Assembly (NCBI RefSeq): GCF_964355755.1
Contig: NC_092680.1
Location: 13,029,045 to 13,093,044, forward strand
Direction: 5' to 3'
Length of the DNA: 64,000 nt
From: Antedon mediterranea
Taxonomy: Eukaryota > Animalia > Echinodermata
The translations under genes were made by a program, and so were the position numbers. Shown here in pieces: positions 13,538 through 25,100 of the stretch. Position 1 is the stretch's first letter, and each line of letters begins with the position of its first letter. The notes under the pieces are model-generated. The model did not search any database. It had not been told where the DNA came from and saw only the letters and a list, made by a program, of their open reading frames with translations.

Positions 13538-14066
13538 TGTTTTTATTATTCTATGCCTGCTAATTTTTAGACAACATAATGAACAAAGAACAGAATCCAA
13601 TAAACATTAAAGGAAATGAACTACAGACCTATTGTTAATTGTAGACTCCTATGAAAAGAACAATAGGCATAGGCCTATGGGTGAAAACCATTATACAGGA
13701 TATAATAGACGATATCAGTAATGTGTAAATGTACTGGTGGTGTAAAGAAAGGGTAAAACAAAAAGAAATGTCTTTTGATTTGTTAAATCTAGGCCAGTAG
13801 GTAGGTCTGTTACCATGTTTGTTTAAAACAATCAGGACTGACGATGGACAACCAGGCCATTAAATAAAATAGGAATTAAGGCCATAGGCCATCCCTAGAG
13901 ACCTTACTGCAAAACAATCAATTAAACTCCTAAAAATCAATCTAACACTAATAAACTGAACTTATATAATCTTTTCTATATCAGTAAAATCGTGCGTGAA
14001 CTAGTCAAAGCCCTAAAAACTGGGGCCTGTCGCGTTGGCCCCAATTTTGGGCCATGTGTGGTATTA

Positions 14067-14225
14067 AGCCGATTTTCCATTAGGCGAATTTGTTCGCCCG
14101 AATCGAAGGCGTCAGCTAATACGCATGCGTAGAGAAGGATTTGGAAGACGTAAACATGAATACACATGCGTACAAGCTGGTGCGTTCGATTCGCGCGAAC
14201 AAATTCGCCTAGTGGAAAATCGGCT
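14067..14225. mobile_element. Tourist-like (PIF/Harbinger) hairpin MITE
   Basis: ~40-bp TIRs AGCCGATTTTCCATTAGGCGAATTTGTTCGC... / ...GCGAACAAATTCGCCTAGTGGAAAATCGGCT; TTA TSD at 14064-66 and 14226-28. Confidence 0.88.
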
Positions 14226-14228
14226 TTA

Positions 14229-16176
14229 GAGAGCTTTCGCTATCTCGGATCGGGAACGAGAACCAGCATTAATTACCGGTTCTCGATCTCGTACTCGTTT
14301 TAAGAACTTTCGCTATCTCGGATCGGGAACGAGAACCAGCATTAATTACCGGTGCTCGATCTCGTACTCATTGTAGTTTCGTATCCTCGATCACCGATAA
14401 TATGAAAACTATAGGTGGCAGCAGATTTCTGATACGCTTCAAAGCAGACGATATAAACAAAAACAAACTACTGTAGGCAAAGATTGTATAGCGCCGCGTA
14501 GCGGCGCAAGATAGGTAACTGGGTGAGACTTTTGTAATCCATGGACGCCATTCCGGCGGACAAATTTGAACCGGAATAAAGTCGTTGTCAAGGCAATATC
14601 CACGATGTTTCGGTTAAAGAACGAAGTTGTCTAACCAAACATATCAATGTAAACACATAGAATTAATAGGAAAGTGTCGAGATCCCAAAGAAACTTTGAT
14701 TTCACTTTGTTTACATAATTTCTTCCCTTTTCCATGAATCAATCATCAAGATGGTTAACCACAGATACTTCGAGGCGGACCGCAACATTTAAATCATCAT
14801 TTAAATCAAAACAATAACAATAACCCGAATGGCGTCCATGGATTTACTGGGCGCGTAGTGTTATAAGATAGCAGCTTGGCAACAGTTACCTATCTTGCGC
14901 CGCGTAGCGGCGCTATACAATCTTTGCTGTAGGCGTACTGTAGGCGTGTTTTTTTTTTCCAGGACGAACGTGGGCAGAAGTCATGAATAATTCATTACCT
15001 TAATTATTTTCTATTATAAAGAAATGAAAGATAGCTGATCTACTTCCTAAATATACTAAACCTAACCCTCTAAATAATCTCTCTCACCTATTAAAAAAAA
15101 CATGTTCATGAAAGACCTCGAACCGAGGGCTTCAGCGTAATAGGTTAAAGCCTTTTATAGTCTAGGACCTGGGTCAGTTGTATGCATTTAATTTAGGAGA
15201 GAATATCTCAACTGTTATAGGATAATTTGACCCCAAGGAACAACATGGGATATGTGCCAAATTTGCTATCCGGGGCGAACATGCCCAAAATCGGGGTCAA
15301 ATGTTAAAAATGTGTGGTTCTTATATCTCGAGAACCACTTGTTGTACAGATTTCGTTTTGGTGACAAATTGTTCAGAATATACATATTTATATTCGGTCT
15401 AACACAACTTTTAGCGAAAAAATTACCGGAAATGCTTTTACTGACCTTTGACCCAAAAATGACCAAAAACACATTTTCGGGTTAAATTATTCTTCAAAAT
15501 GCAAATGGACAAACTGTATGGTATCAAATGAAAGCATACATAATGTGCTACCCACTGCTACCCAACTTGTATTGAAAATATTTAATTATGAAGCTATTGT
15601 ATGGAAAATGTGCATATTTTGATTAATTTTATAGAAAAATGAATATTTGGTAGCGTAATTGTTATGTTTATTTATATAATAAAGCCCTAGCTGTTTAATA
15701 AATTATACAAGCCATTAGTGACTAGCCTAGGCCTAGTAGTATTAGTAAGTAGGATCGGAGGCCCTGGCACCTACTACACCGCCTAAACTAGCCTAGGCCG
15801 CCTCCTCCTCTAAGCGCGGCGTAGGCTAGCCTAGGCCTAGGCTAGGCCCTAAACTAAATGTTTTCTGACTAGGCCTAGGCCTACAGAAAGTTCACAAATA
15901 TATAATTTAGATTAGTGTTGATGAGTCTAATTCTTATTTTAATAACTTATATCGGGAAAAGTAGCCTACATGAAACGTTTTTAGCTATTGGTCAAAAGTT
16001 TAACTCACCATGTCACGACGTCGTGTATTTCTCGATTTTGCAGACGAGAACCAGCTCCTGTATCTCGGGCTACGAGCATTAGTTAATTAAAATTTCACAT
16101 AAACTAATGACGTCATACACAAAAAACCCTTACTTTTCTCGGCGGCTGGTTCCCGATCGAGATAGCGAAAGCTCTC
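14229..16176. mobile_element. Non-autonomous TIR element with TA flanks (possibly ISL2EU/IS4EU-like)
   Basis: TIRs GAGAGCTTTCGCTATCTCG / CGAGATAGCGAAAGCTCTC, with TA on both sides. The left subterminal ~72 bp is tandemly duplicated. The superfamily is inferred from the termini only. Confidence 0.75.
14477..14927. mobile_element. Nested MITE with 45-bp TIRs and a 5-bp TSD
   Basis: GCAAAGATTGTATAGCGCCGCGTAGCGGCGCAAGATAGGTAACTG and its near-perfect inverse; TSD TGTAG (14472-76, 14928-32). A second internal IR, AATCCATGGACGCCATTC, is also present. Confidence 0.85.
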
Positions 16177-16355
16177 TATTGGTGTAACATCGTTGACATT
16201 TCGTTGGCGATTTTCAGGTTCAGGTTGGCTACTACTAATTGTTATTTATGTGCGAACAATATTGAGAACATTAACACAATTCATATTTTATAAGTGATTT
16301 TGCCAATGTAGTATTTCTGAAATACTTACTTTGGCCTACTATTGTCATTCGTTAG

Positions 16356-17898
16356 GATTGAAGTAACTGTAGCCAATGATGAACTTTATAGAATTCAAGA
16401 ACCACGCCATGTGTATGAACAACAACTTATATCCACACAAGAGTAAGTTATAATGAGTTTTGCTAAAAGTGTATTGTACCTTTCTCTGTTTCTTACCTTA
16501 TGTGAATGCTTATTCTCTTTTTATAATGGTTTTAGGCCCTATTGTTAGAAATTGTCAAGAAGCAGATAATGAAGCCACCGACGGATGTGATGTTGATGTA
16601 ACTGACGGAATCCAACTACACCTTGCGTACGAAAAAATTATATCGACTCAAACATAAGTTAATGAACAACTTTCTGGTTTTACCATACGTATATATTTCT
16701 CTCTTGTCTGTATTGTTATTCTTAATGCTTTATTATTTATCTATTTCCATCATGTTATTGTTTAGGAATCGTCAAGAAGAAACGTCTATTAATGGACGTG
16801 ACATGGAAGAACCTCACAGAACACAAGAACCAGGCAATGGGGAACAACAACTATCAAATCAAACGTGAAGTTATTAACTTTTTACTTAACCTTTTCTTTG
16901 TATTAATTTTGTTTCTTTTATTATTCGAGGTTTACTTCTACTATTTTGTTGAATATTTTATATAATTGTTTTGTTTTTTAGGAATCTGGAAACAGATAAT
17001 AATGGAACTGACATAGTACCTTGCATAACTCAAGAACCACATCATGTGTACGAACAGCACATTATATCGACACAAGAGTAAGTTTAACAGGGAAGGTTTT
17101 TCACTCTTCCCTGGTTAAAAGAGTTTTGCTAAAAGTGTATTTTGTATCTTTCTATTTCTTAACTGTGAATGTTTATTCACTTTTTATAATTGCCTTATTA
17201 TTTAGAAATTGTCAACAAGAAGCAGATAATGAAGCCACCGATGGACGTGATATTAAAGTAACTGACGGAATCCAACTACGCCATAAGTACAAACAAATTA
17301 TATTGACTCAAACGTAAGTTAATTAACAACTCGCTGGTTTTAAAATCTTGAAATAATTTCATTTGGATTCTAATATTTAGAAGTCATTTTTTCTTATTTT
17401 GTTGTTGATCCAATGGATCGAATCGAAAGTGGCCTACTAAAGGTGGTACCGTACTTATAACGACGTTTTGCAAATATTACATATTTCTTTCTTTTCTGTA
17501 TTGTAATTTTTATGATTTATCTATTTTCATCACTTTATTGTTTAGAAATCTTCAAGAAGAAACGTCTATTGATGGACGCGACATAGAAGAACCTAACAGA
17601 ACACAAGAACCAGCCAATGGGGAACAACAACAACACAGAACACAAGAACCAGGCAATTGGGAACAACAACTTATATCAAATAAAACGTAAAGTTATTAAC
17701 TTTTTACTTAACTTTATCTTTGTTTCTTTCATTATTCGAAGGTTTACCTCTACTATTTTGTTGAATATTTTATATAATTGTTTTGTTTTTTAGGAATCTG
17801 TAAACAGATAATAAAGTCACTGATGGAACTGACATGGTACCTTGCATAACTCAAGAACTACGTCATGTGTACGAACAACAAATTGTATCGACACAAAA
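16356..17898 (+). other. Tandem array of seven homologous phase-2/phase-2 exons encoding acidic Q/E/T-rich repeats (gene 3' end or pseudogene)
   Basis: Exons 16356-16442, 16549-16653, 16766-16864, 16982-17077, 17206-17313, 17546-17686 and 17794-~17898, each after a T-rich TAG acceptor. Peptides such as QEPRHVYEQQLISTQ, NCQEADNEATDG and QEETSINGRDMEEP. One donor is ATAAGT, and the last exon has an early in-frame TAA. Confidence 0.6.
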
Positions 17899-18570
17899 GT
17901 AAAACCATCAAAACTTATAGAAGTAAGGAATCGTCAATCAATAAGTGAATTTAAGTGAAGTATCCATAACACAAATAACTGTTCAATAATATGGAAGTAA
18001 AATACTAGAACAATTACATTTTAGCTGTATATAAAATTAAATTGGCTTAACGTGACGTACGTGCTTTTTTTTCCGAACATTTGAAAATGAAACCAAGTAA
18101 AACACACATACTACTGTAACATTAGATTTGTGTTTAAACTAGTAGCTTTTATTACAAAAATAATATACGAATACCTGTAGGCCTAGAAACAACATTATAT
18201 TGCGTAGCCATATTATCCTGGAAGGTACAGTCATACGCAATTATACACAGACATGAAAACTAATGAATAAATACAATAATGTTTATTATAATTCAGTATA
18301 ATTAAAGATGTAAAAACTACCATCGAGCTATAAAAAGCCCCATTATTATTTCACATACAATGCATGTATGTGCATTTATGTATGTATTAGCTATTGATGT
18401 ATATATTTACATATTTTTATACATTTGTGTGTGACCTTGATGTACCGGTAATGTACACAAACCAAATCCCTAATGTAAAATTTACATTGGAAAATAAATA
18501 ATAATTCTTGGACTCGGACTCAATTCGTTTAAACAATCTTCAGTGATATTAATATGTTTTATAAAAAAAA

Positions 18571-18945
18571 CGAGCGAGTCATATGGCCGAGCGGTTAAGG
18601 CAGGGGCGCCGTTTACCGTACCTAAAGAGCCAACAACAACATCGGCAAGGGTTCGAGGCCGACTCGCTCCTAGTTCTGGTGGTGGAACAAGTCTTCTCGG
18701 ATAAGGACTATAAACCGTAGGTCCAGTGTACACAGTTATAACCTGTGTGTACTTTAAAGAACCCAGTTCATTATTCGAAAAAAAGTAGGGGGTTACCCCG
18801 GTGAACTGGTTCACACAATAGCCCCTGTATCAGGGGGATTACCACCTATCTGATAGGACAGTGATTAATTCACTATTGGTAATCCTTGGCCACATTGCCT
18901 AAAGACATAAAATAAAATAAAAAAAAAATAAAAATAAAATAAAAT
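18571..18945 (+). mobile_element. tRNA-derived SINE of the Deu/Nin-domain type
   Basis: Head with A box TGGCCGAGCGG and B box GGTTCGAGGCC. The core CTCGGATAAGGACTATAAACCGTAGGTCC...TAAAGAACCC...TATTCGAAAA resembles the Deu/Nin domain as recalled. (TAAAA)n tail. Confidence 0.8.
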
Positions 18946-19140
18946 TACATTTTGAATCTATTTACTTCCTGTATTAGCCTGTATTGGTTTTCAGTAGGCA
19001 TTTCTACTAATATATTCGACTGCGGCGCTTATTCGCTTAACTACATAACTTCGATACGAGTACCTAGGCTATATTTATGTTTCATATGATACGGTACTTA
19101 AAATGGCGGATGAATGAAAATGGTCTATTGCAGAATTGAA

Positions 19141-22100
19141 TTAGTCGTCTGGTCCTGCCTATAAAAGAGGAAATAAAAATAGTTTATTTAAGGGGGAAAA
19201 CAGGAACATTGATAATAAGAAATAATATCGAGCTTCTATGATTTATATGTTGTCAGAGAACTTTTGTGTATATATTCGCTATAGGCCTACAAATTGTTAA
19301 TATCAAACTATTATGTTTAATTCATAGATAAATGTGTATAGAAGTGCATTGTGTGTTAATGTGGTTGTATTTACTAAAATGTGACTGGTGCATTTTTCTG
19401 TAAAGCAATAAGGTAATCACCATTTCGTTTGATTAATTGGAATCCATCAGCAAAGCTTACTTATTACAACCATCGAAGATCTGTCACAATCACCACATAC
19501 CAACAATTCACCATCACCATTCTCGGTCGTTACTAGTACTCATCACTCCTGAATGCTACCAAACACCGACTTAACCGTGACCTCCGCAGTCACAGTAAAA
19601 ATCATCACCCTCAACATCCATCGCAGCCATACTTATCACCCTAACCGCCACAACAATCACCATACATTGTCCACACATCATGCATCGAATCACGATCCTA
19701 CCTCTTCTGGTTCCCATTGTCTGGTATTCATAGCTTCATTACTCTGATAAAGAGGATTATCGACGTCACCAACCTCTCCAGCTGATGATGCATGGTTCGA
19801 TTGATTACCGTCATCTTGAGTTCCTGTTTCCTCTGGTTCGTTAGTGCTCTCTGCAGGTTCCTCATAGTCGTGTGCCTCGTCATCGCCCTCTGCCTCGTTA
19901 TCACCTTCTTGCGCGTTATCAGCCTCAGCCGCGTTATCATCTTGATCGACATTATCTTCACCCTCGTAAGCGTCTGCATAATCAATGTCATCTTCTGGGT
20001 CGTCCATTGGCAACAAAATATTTTCATCTGATGGCGACTTTTCGACATCTTCACTTCTACGAAGGTGCATTAAATTTAATTATTTACAAGTGATTTTAGA
20101 CTGTATTATACTATATTATAGTTAGTTTGTGATAAAGTGTATTACAAGATACCATTTGAGAAGGAAGAGAACCAAAAAGAGCCGAAATATCATGTTGACA
20201 ATTATACACGTAAAGCTACATTTACTTAAACGATGATATATTTTCTACATTATTGTAATATAACGATATACTTTTATATTTAAGAAATTGACCTTTGTAT
20301 CGGAATTTAAATAGGTTCACAAACTTGACCCAGAAAGTCCAGAGGAGAGTTTGTCCAGATGTTTTAATGACCATTTAGTTTATAATAGAATCTCTAAAGA
20401 AAACACTTAGCTTAATTTTGTGACTTTTCCCATCGTTAAACCAGGAGTGATTGACACTATTTAAGTACAGATTTGACAGTGTCATCCATCACAGAAATAC
20501 CTTATTATACCGTTAATCATTCTCACTTAAACACCCCTGGATCAACTTAGGACCAATCGTTACCCTCACAGATTACGTAATTGACATATGCTAATGAACT
20601 GAGCCAATATACTCCCAAGTTTCAGAGGAGCCCAGACACACCTCACAGCCACTTCTTCAGAAGAACATCTACACCTCACAGCCACTTCTTCAGAAGCAGA
20701 CCTACACACTTCACACCTCACCGACAGCATCATTGATCGTCCGTTCCTTATCTATACTTATAGTTGTATATTGTACTGAAGTATTATACTGAATAAACAA
20801 TATATGTGTTACGACAGTCAAGCGAGTCAGAGTCCTTCATTAGTACCTCAACAACGCAACATTATATTACATGGTGGAAGACCCGGGCATTGATCCCGGT
20901 ACCTCTCACATAAATAATAATGTAATAAGTATTTTTAAACGTAGCCTTCAGGGCCAAGCTAGACTCTGGATTGAGGGAAAGCAGTTCGATTCACTGGAAT
21001 CCTTAAAAACCCAATTCATCAACAGGTTTAGTAAAAACAAATCAATCTATGCGCACATAAGAGAATACGATTCAATTACATACACCACTGGCGACAACGC
21101 CGAAAAGCACTTAACCAAAATCAAACAAGCCGCAGACAGAATTGGATACGCTGACCAGCAGATAAAGAATAAATTTATTTCGACCCTTCCACCAAAATGT
21201 AGAGCAGCTGTAGCCATGTCCACCCCAATCGATGCCACTATTGAAAATATCGTAAATAGCACACAAAATTACCTTGACCTTTCCGTAGATGATGCCACAC
21301 GGGAAGTTTCATTCAATATCAATAAAGAAACAGATAGGCCTAATAGTCTCGAATCGCTCCAACGTGAGATAAATTCTCTCAAGTTAGACATGGCCACAAC
21401 AAAACGATCCCTTAATGATGATACTCGACGCTCACGTTCCCCCACCCGAAATTATATCCCAAGACGAAACCGAAGCCCAAGCCCATACAAACCCCGATTC
21501 CAGACCCCACCGACCCCAAGATATAGACAACCTCCCCCAACCTGTTATTACTGCGGGAAACCAGGCCACATAGCAAGGCACTGCCGACAACAAAACCGCT
21601 CTTACGGAAACTATCCCCCGCCATACCCATACCAACAGTCAAACAATTACTACCCTAGCCACCAGCAGGATTTTTAAAAAGGGGACTAGATGCCGCCTAT
21701 AATCTGGCCCCCCATACTAAATACGACAATTTTAAGGCAAAATACTTAGGGAATTCAGATAATATTGATTTGTTACTTAACGACAGAAATTACGTTAAAG
21801 GAAATTTACCAGATGGTAGAAATGTTTTAACTTTATTTGACAGTGGTTCAACTAGAACTATAATCTCACAATCGTACGTTAATTCCTCACTTTATTTATC
21901 GCGTTTAAAGCCAGTTAAAGTGAACACAACTAAATTTCGATTAGGTAACGGTGACTTCTTATATGCCAACCACTTAGTGCAATTCGAATTATTTATCCAA
22001 GGACACAAATTTAAAATTTCAGCATTAATCGTTAAAAATTTGACAGGTATTGACCTGATACTTGGAACCGAAACATTGTCTGAACTCGACGGTACTTTAA

Positions 22101-25100
22101 ATTTTAAGGAAAACACCTTTCGCATTAGACCAAAGATTTTTAGCTTTCGTCCAGTACACAAGATTTTTCTTAAACCCGGTGATACTAAAACAGTTAAATT
22201 AAAAGGAAGGGTTCCCGCCTTCGTACGCAATTCCGATGTTGTTCTACATGCAACCACCCATATTTCAAAACTTTGTCCATCAGATATGTTAGTAAAATTA
22301 CATAGAGGAGAAACCAACATTGATATCACTAACAACACAAACAGAAACGTATCTCTAAATACACATCAACCTATCGCGAGCCTTCACTTAACCAACCTTG
22401 TAACAGTTACTAACGACCTACCAATTGATAGAATAAAGTTGACCAATGACAACGCAAACAAGTACCCACATTTAGAACGTACAGACCCATTGCTAACTTT
22501 AACCGAGGAAGAAATAATTAGAAAACAAGTTGATTTAAAAGACAGCGTTTTAACACATAGAGAAAAAGAAGATTTGTATAAAACATTACAACAAAACAGA
22601 AACGCATTTTCACTTTATGGTGAACTATCTAGCTGCCCAAACTTCAAAGCTGACATACACCTCTCTAACGATGAACCATTTTTTATTCGACCATACTTCG
22701 CGACAGACAAAGACAAACATGTTATTGAGGCCGAATTGAACAAATTAGTCAAATTAGGAATCTTAGCAGTAGGACACCAATCGTATACTTCCCCTGTCCT
22801 TCTTGTTTCAAAGAAAAATTCAAAAGATAAAAGAGTTGTCACAGACTTTCGCTATCTAAATTCCAGGATAAAACGTATTAATCACCCATTCCCATTATTA
22901 GCCGAAACTCTGAAAACAATAGGTAACGCTAATGCACAGATTCTTAGCGTAATTGATTTGAAATCAGCGTTCCACTGTGTACCATTAGCCGAACATGCCC
23001 AACAATATACAGGTATAGCTTCATATCATGGTGGAAAACATTATTATTATAAGAGATTAGCACAAGGATTAAACGTTTCGCCAGGTATATTTCAAGCAAA
23101 GATTGACGAAATTTTAAATGAAATCCCAAATTCTAGAGAATTCTGTATCGCCCATCATGATGATATTATTTTATTTAGCCAAGACAAATTTGCTCATAAG
23201 CAGCACCTTGTTTCCGTTTTACAAGCCCTACAATTAAATGGTTTTAGAATTTGTCCAAAGAAATGTAAGTTATTCAAGAATAAAGTGCAATATTTGGGAC
23301 ACACCATCCTGATTAATTCTTCAGGACACGCATGTATCACACCATTAGGCGACAGGTGTGCAGCTATCCGAAATTTGCCAGTCCCACGAACCCATAAAGA
23401 AACTAAACGATTTATTGGTGCAGTAAATTATGTATCCCATTTTTTCCCTCAAATACAATCAATTTTACGTCCGTTACACACACTCGCAAGCAAACGCCGA
23501 AAATTTTGTTGGTCTACTGAACACCAGAAAGCATTTGACGAAATTAAACAATTAATGGTTAAACCACCAACTCTTCAAATGCCTAGAAAAGAAGGTAGAT
23601 TTACGCTATATAGCGACACTTCAAGAACCGCAACAGGTTCATATTTAACACAAACAGTAAACGGTAAAGAACACATAATAGGTTATTATTCCAAAATCTT
23701 ACCACAAGCCTGTCAACGATATAGCGTCACAGAATTAGAGTTATTTGGACTTTACATTAACGTTTCAGCATTTCGACATTTACTAAAGGGTTGCGAATTT
23801 GATGCATTCGTAGACCACTCAGCAATCGTACAAATTTGGAATTCAAAAGATCAGCCATGTACACCCCGTTTACAGAAACTAATATTACGATTGTCCGGAT
23901 ACATTTTCCAAATTGGTTATAAGAAAGGAACTGAATTAGTTTTAGCAGATTTCCTCTCCCGAGCCCCTCGTGATGACGATTCCGAAATTGATCAAGTTGT
24001 ACCCATTGCATTTAATATTACAGAGACCGAATCTCTTAACCCGATTACAAACACATCTACTAGCAGACCAGTAACAAGATCATACGCCAAGAAAATGGGA
24101 ATAAATATACCTGACCTACATAAACCCAAACCAGTACAAACGCCCGTCATTAATCAAAATCCAGTGACAACAAACACGCGACCTACACCTCAACCTACCG
24201 CTACACCACAGATAATCACGAGACAACAAACAAACGCACATCGATCACCGCCTATCATAACGCCACCTATCGTAACACCACCCCCAATACGTAATGTAAA
24301 CATTCGACAACCTCCAGAGGAACGACTAGTAGACAAAAATAAACAAAGCAAAGACACTACACATCGAAACGTACCAGTTGAATTGTATACATCGCCCAAA
24401 CCACTAGTACCAAACATAACTGAATTTAAGTCAGCACACATCCCAAAACAACAAGATTTAGATAGATTAATGGATGTTATTCAAAGAAAGATAATTAGAG
24501 ATTATAACCTCCCAGTAGATGTTAAACAATTACGTGTTGAACAAGAAACTTCACCATTTTTTAAGCCAGTTTACGATTATTTAGCTCATGATATCCTTCC
24601 AGCTGATAAGAAAGCAGCTCGTGCAGTTCAGAATAAGTCAGAGCAGTACATATTGTGCAACGGTTTACTATTCCGTTTATTTTTCCAAGATAAAGGTGGA
24701 GAATTTGTATTGCAATTAGCTGTTCCTGAAAACTTAGCCGAGACTGTTATTTCTCAGTATCACGACAATTTGTTAAGTAGCCACCAAAAGGTACGATGCG
24801 TACTTACTTACCTTACTATTCGGAAATTATTTTACATGCCTCTTATGTTCGAGAAAGTCAACAATTATACCCAAGCGTGTCTTAGATGTCAACAATTTTG
24901 TCCCAAAACCGATAAATTGCGTCCTTTACACGATCGAGTACCAGCAACTTACCGTCCCTTTCATACACTCAGTCTAGATTTTAAGAGTATGCCAACATCA
25001 CCTTCAGGTTTTAAACATATTATGGTAGTATGTGATGAGATAACTAGATTTTTGATTTGTGTACCTTTGAAATCCATTGATGCCGAAACAATTTGTGAAG

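Noticed and set aside
18571-18670. Functional tRNA gene
   Set aside because: The A and B boxes continue into a SINE core and A-rich tail, and there is no proper anticodon arm.
20872-20911. A tRNA-Ala gene on the minus strand
   Set aside because: Only the 3' half is present and it includes the post-transcriptional CCA, so it is a copy of mature tRNA serving as the PBS.
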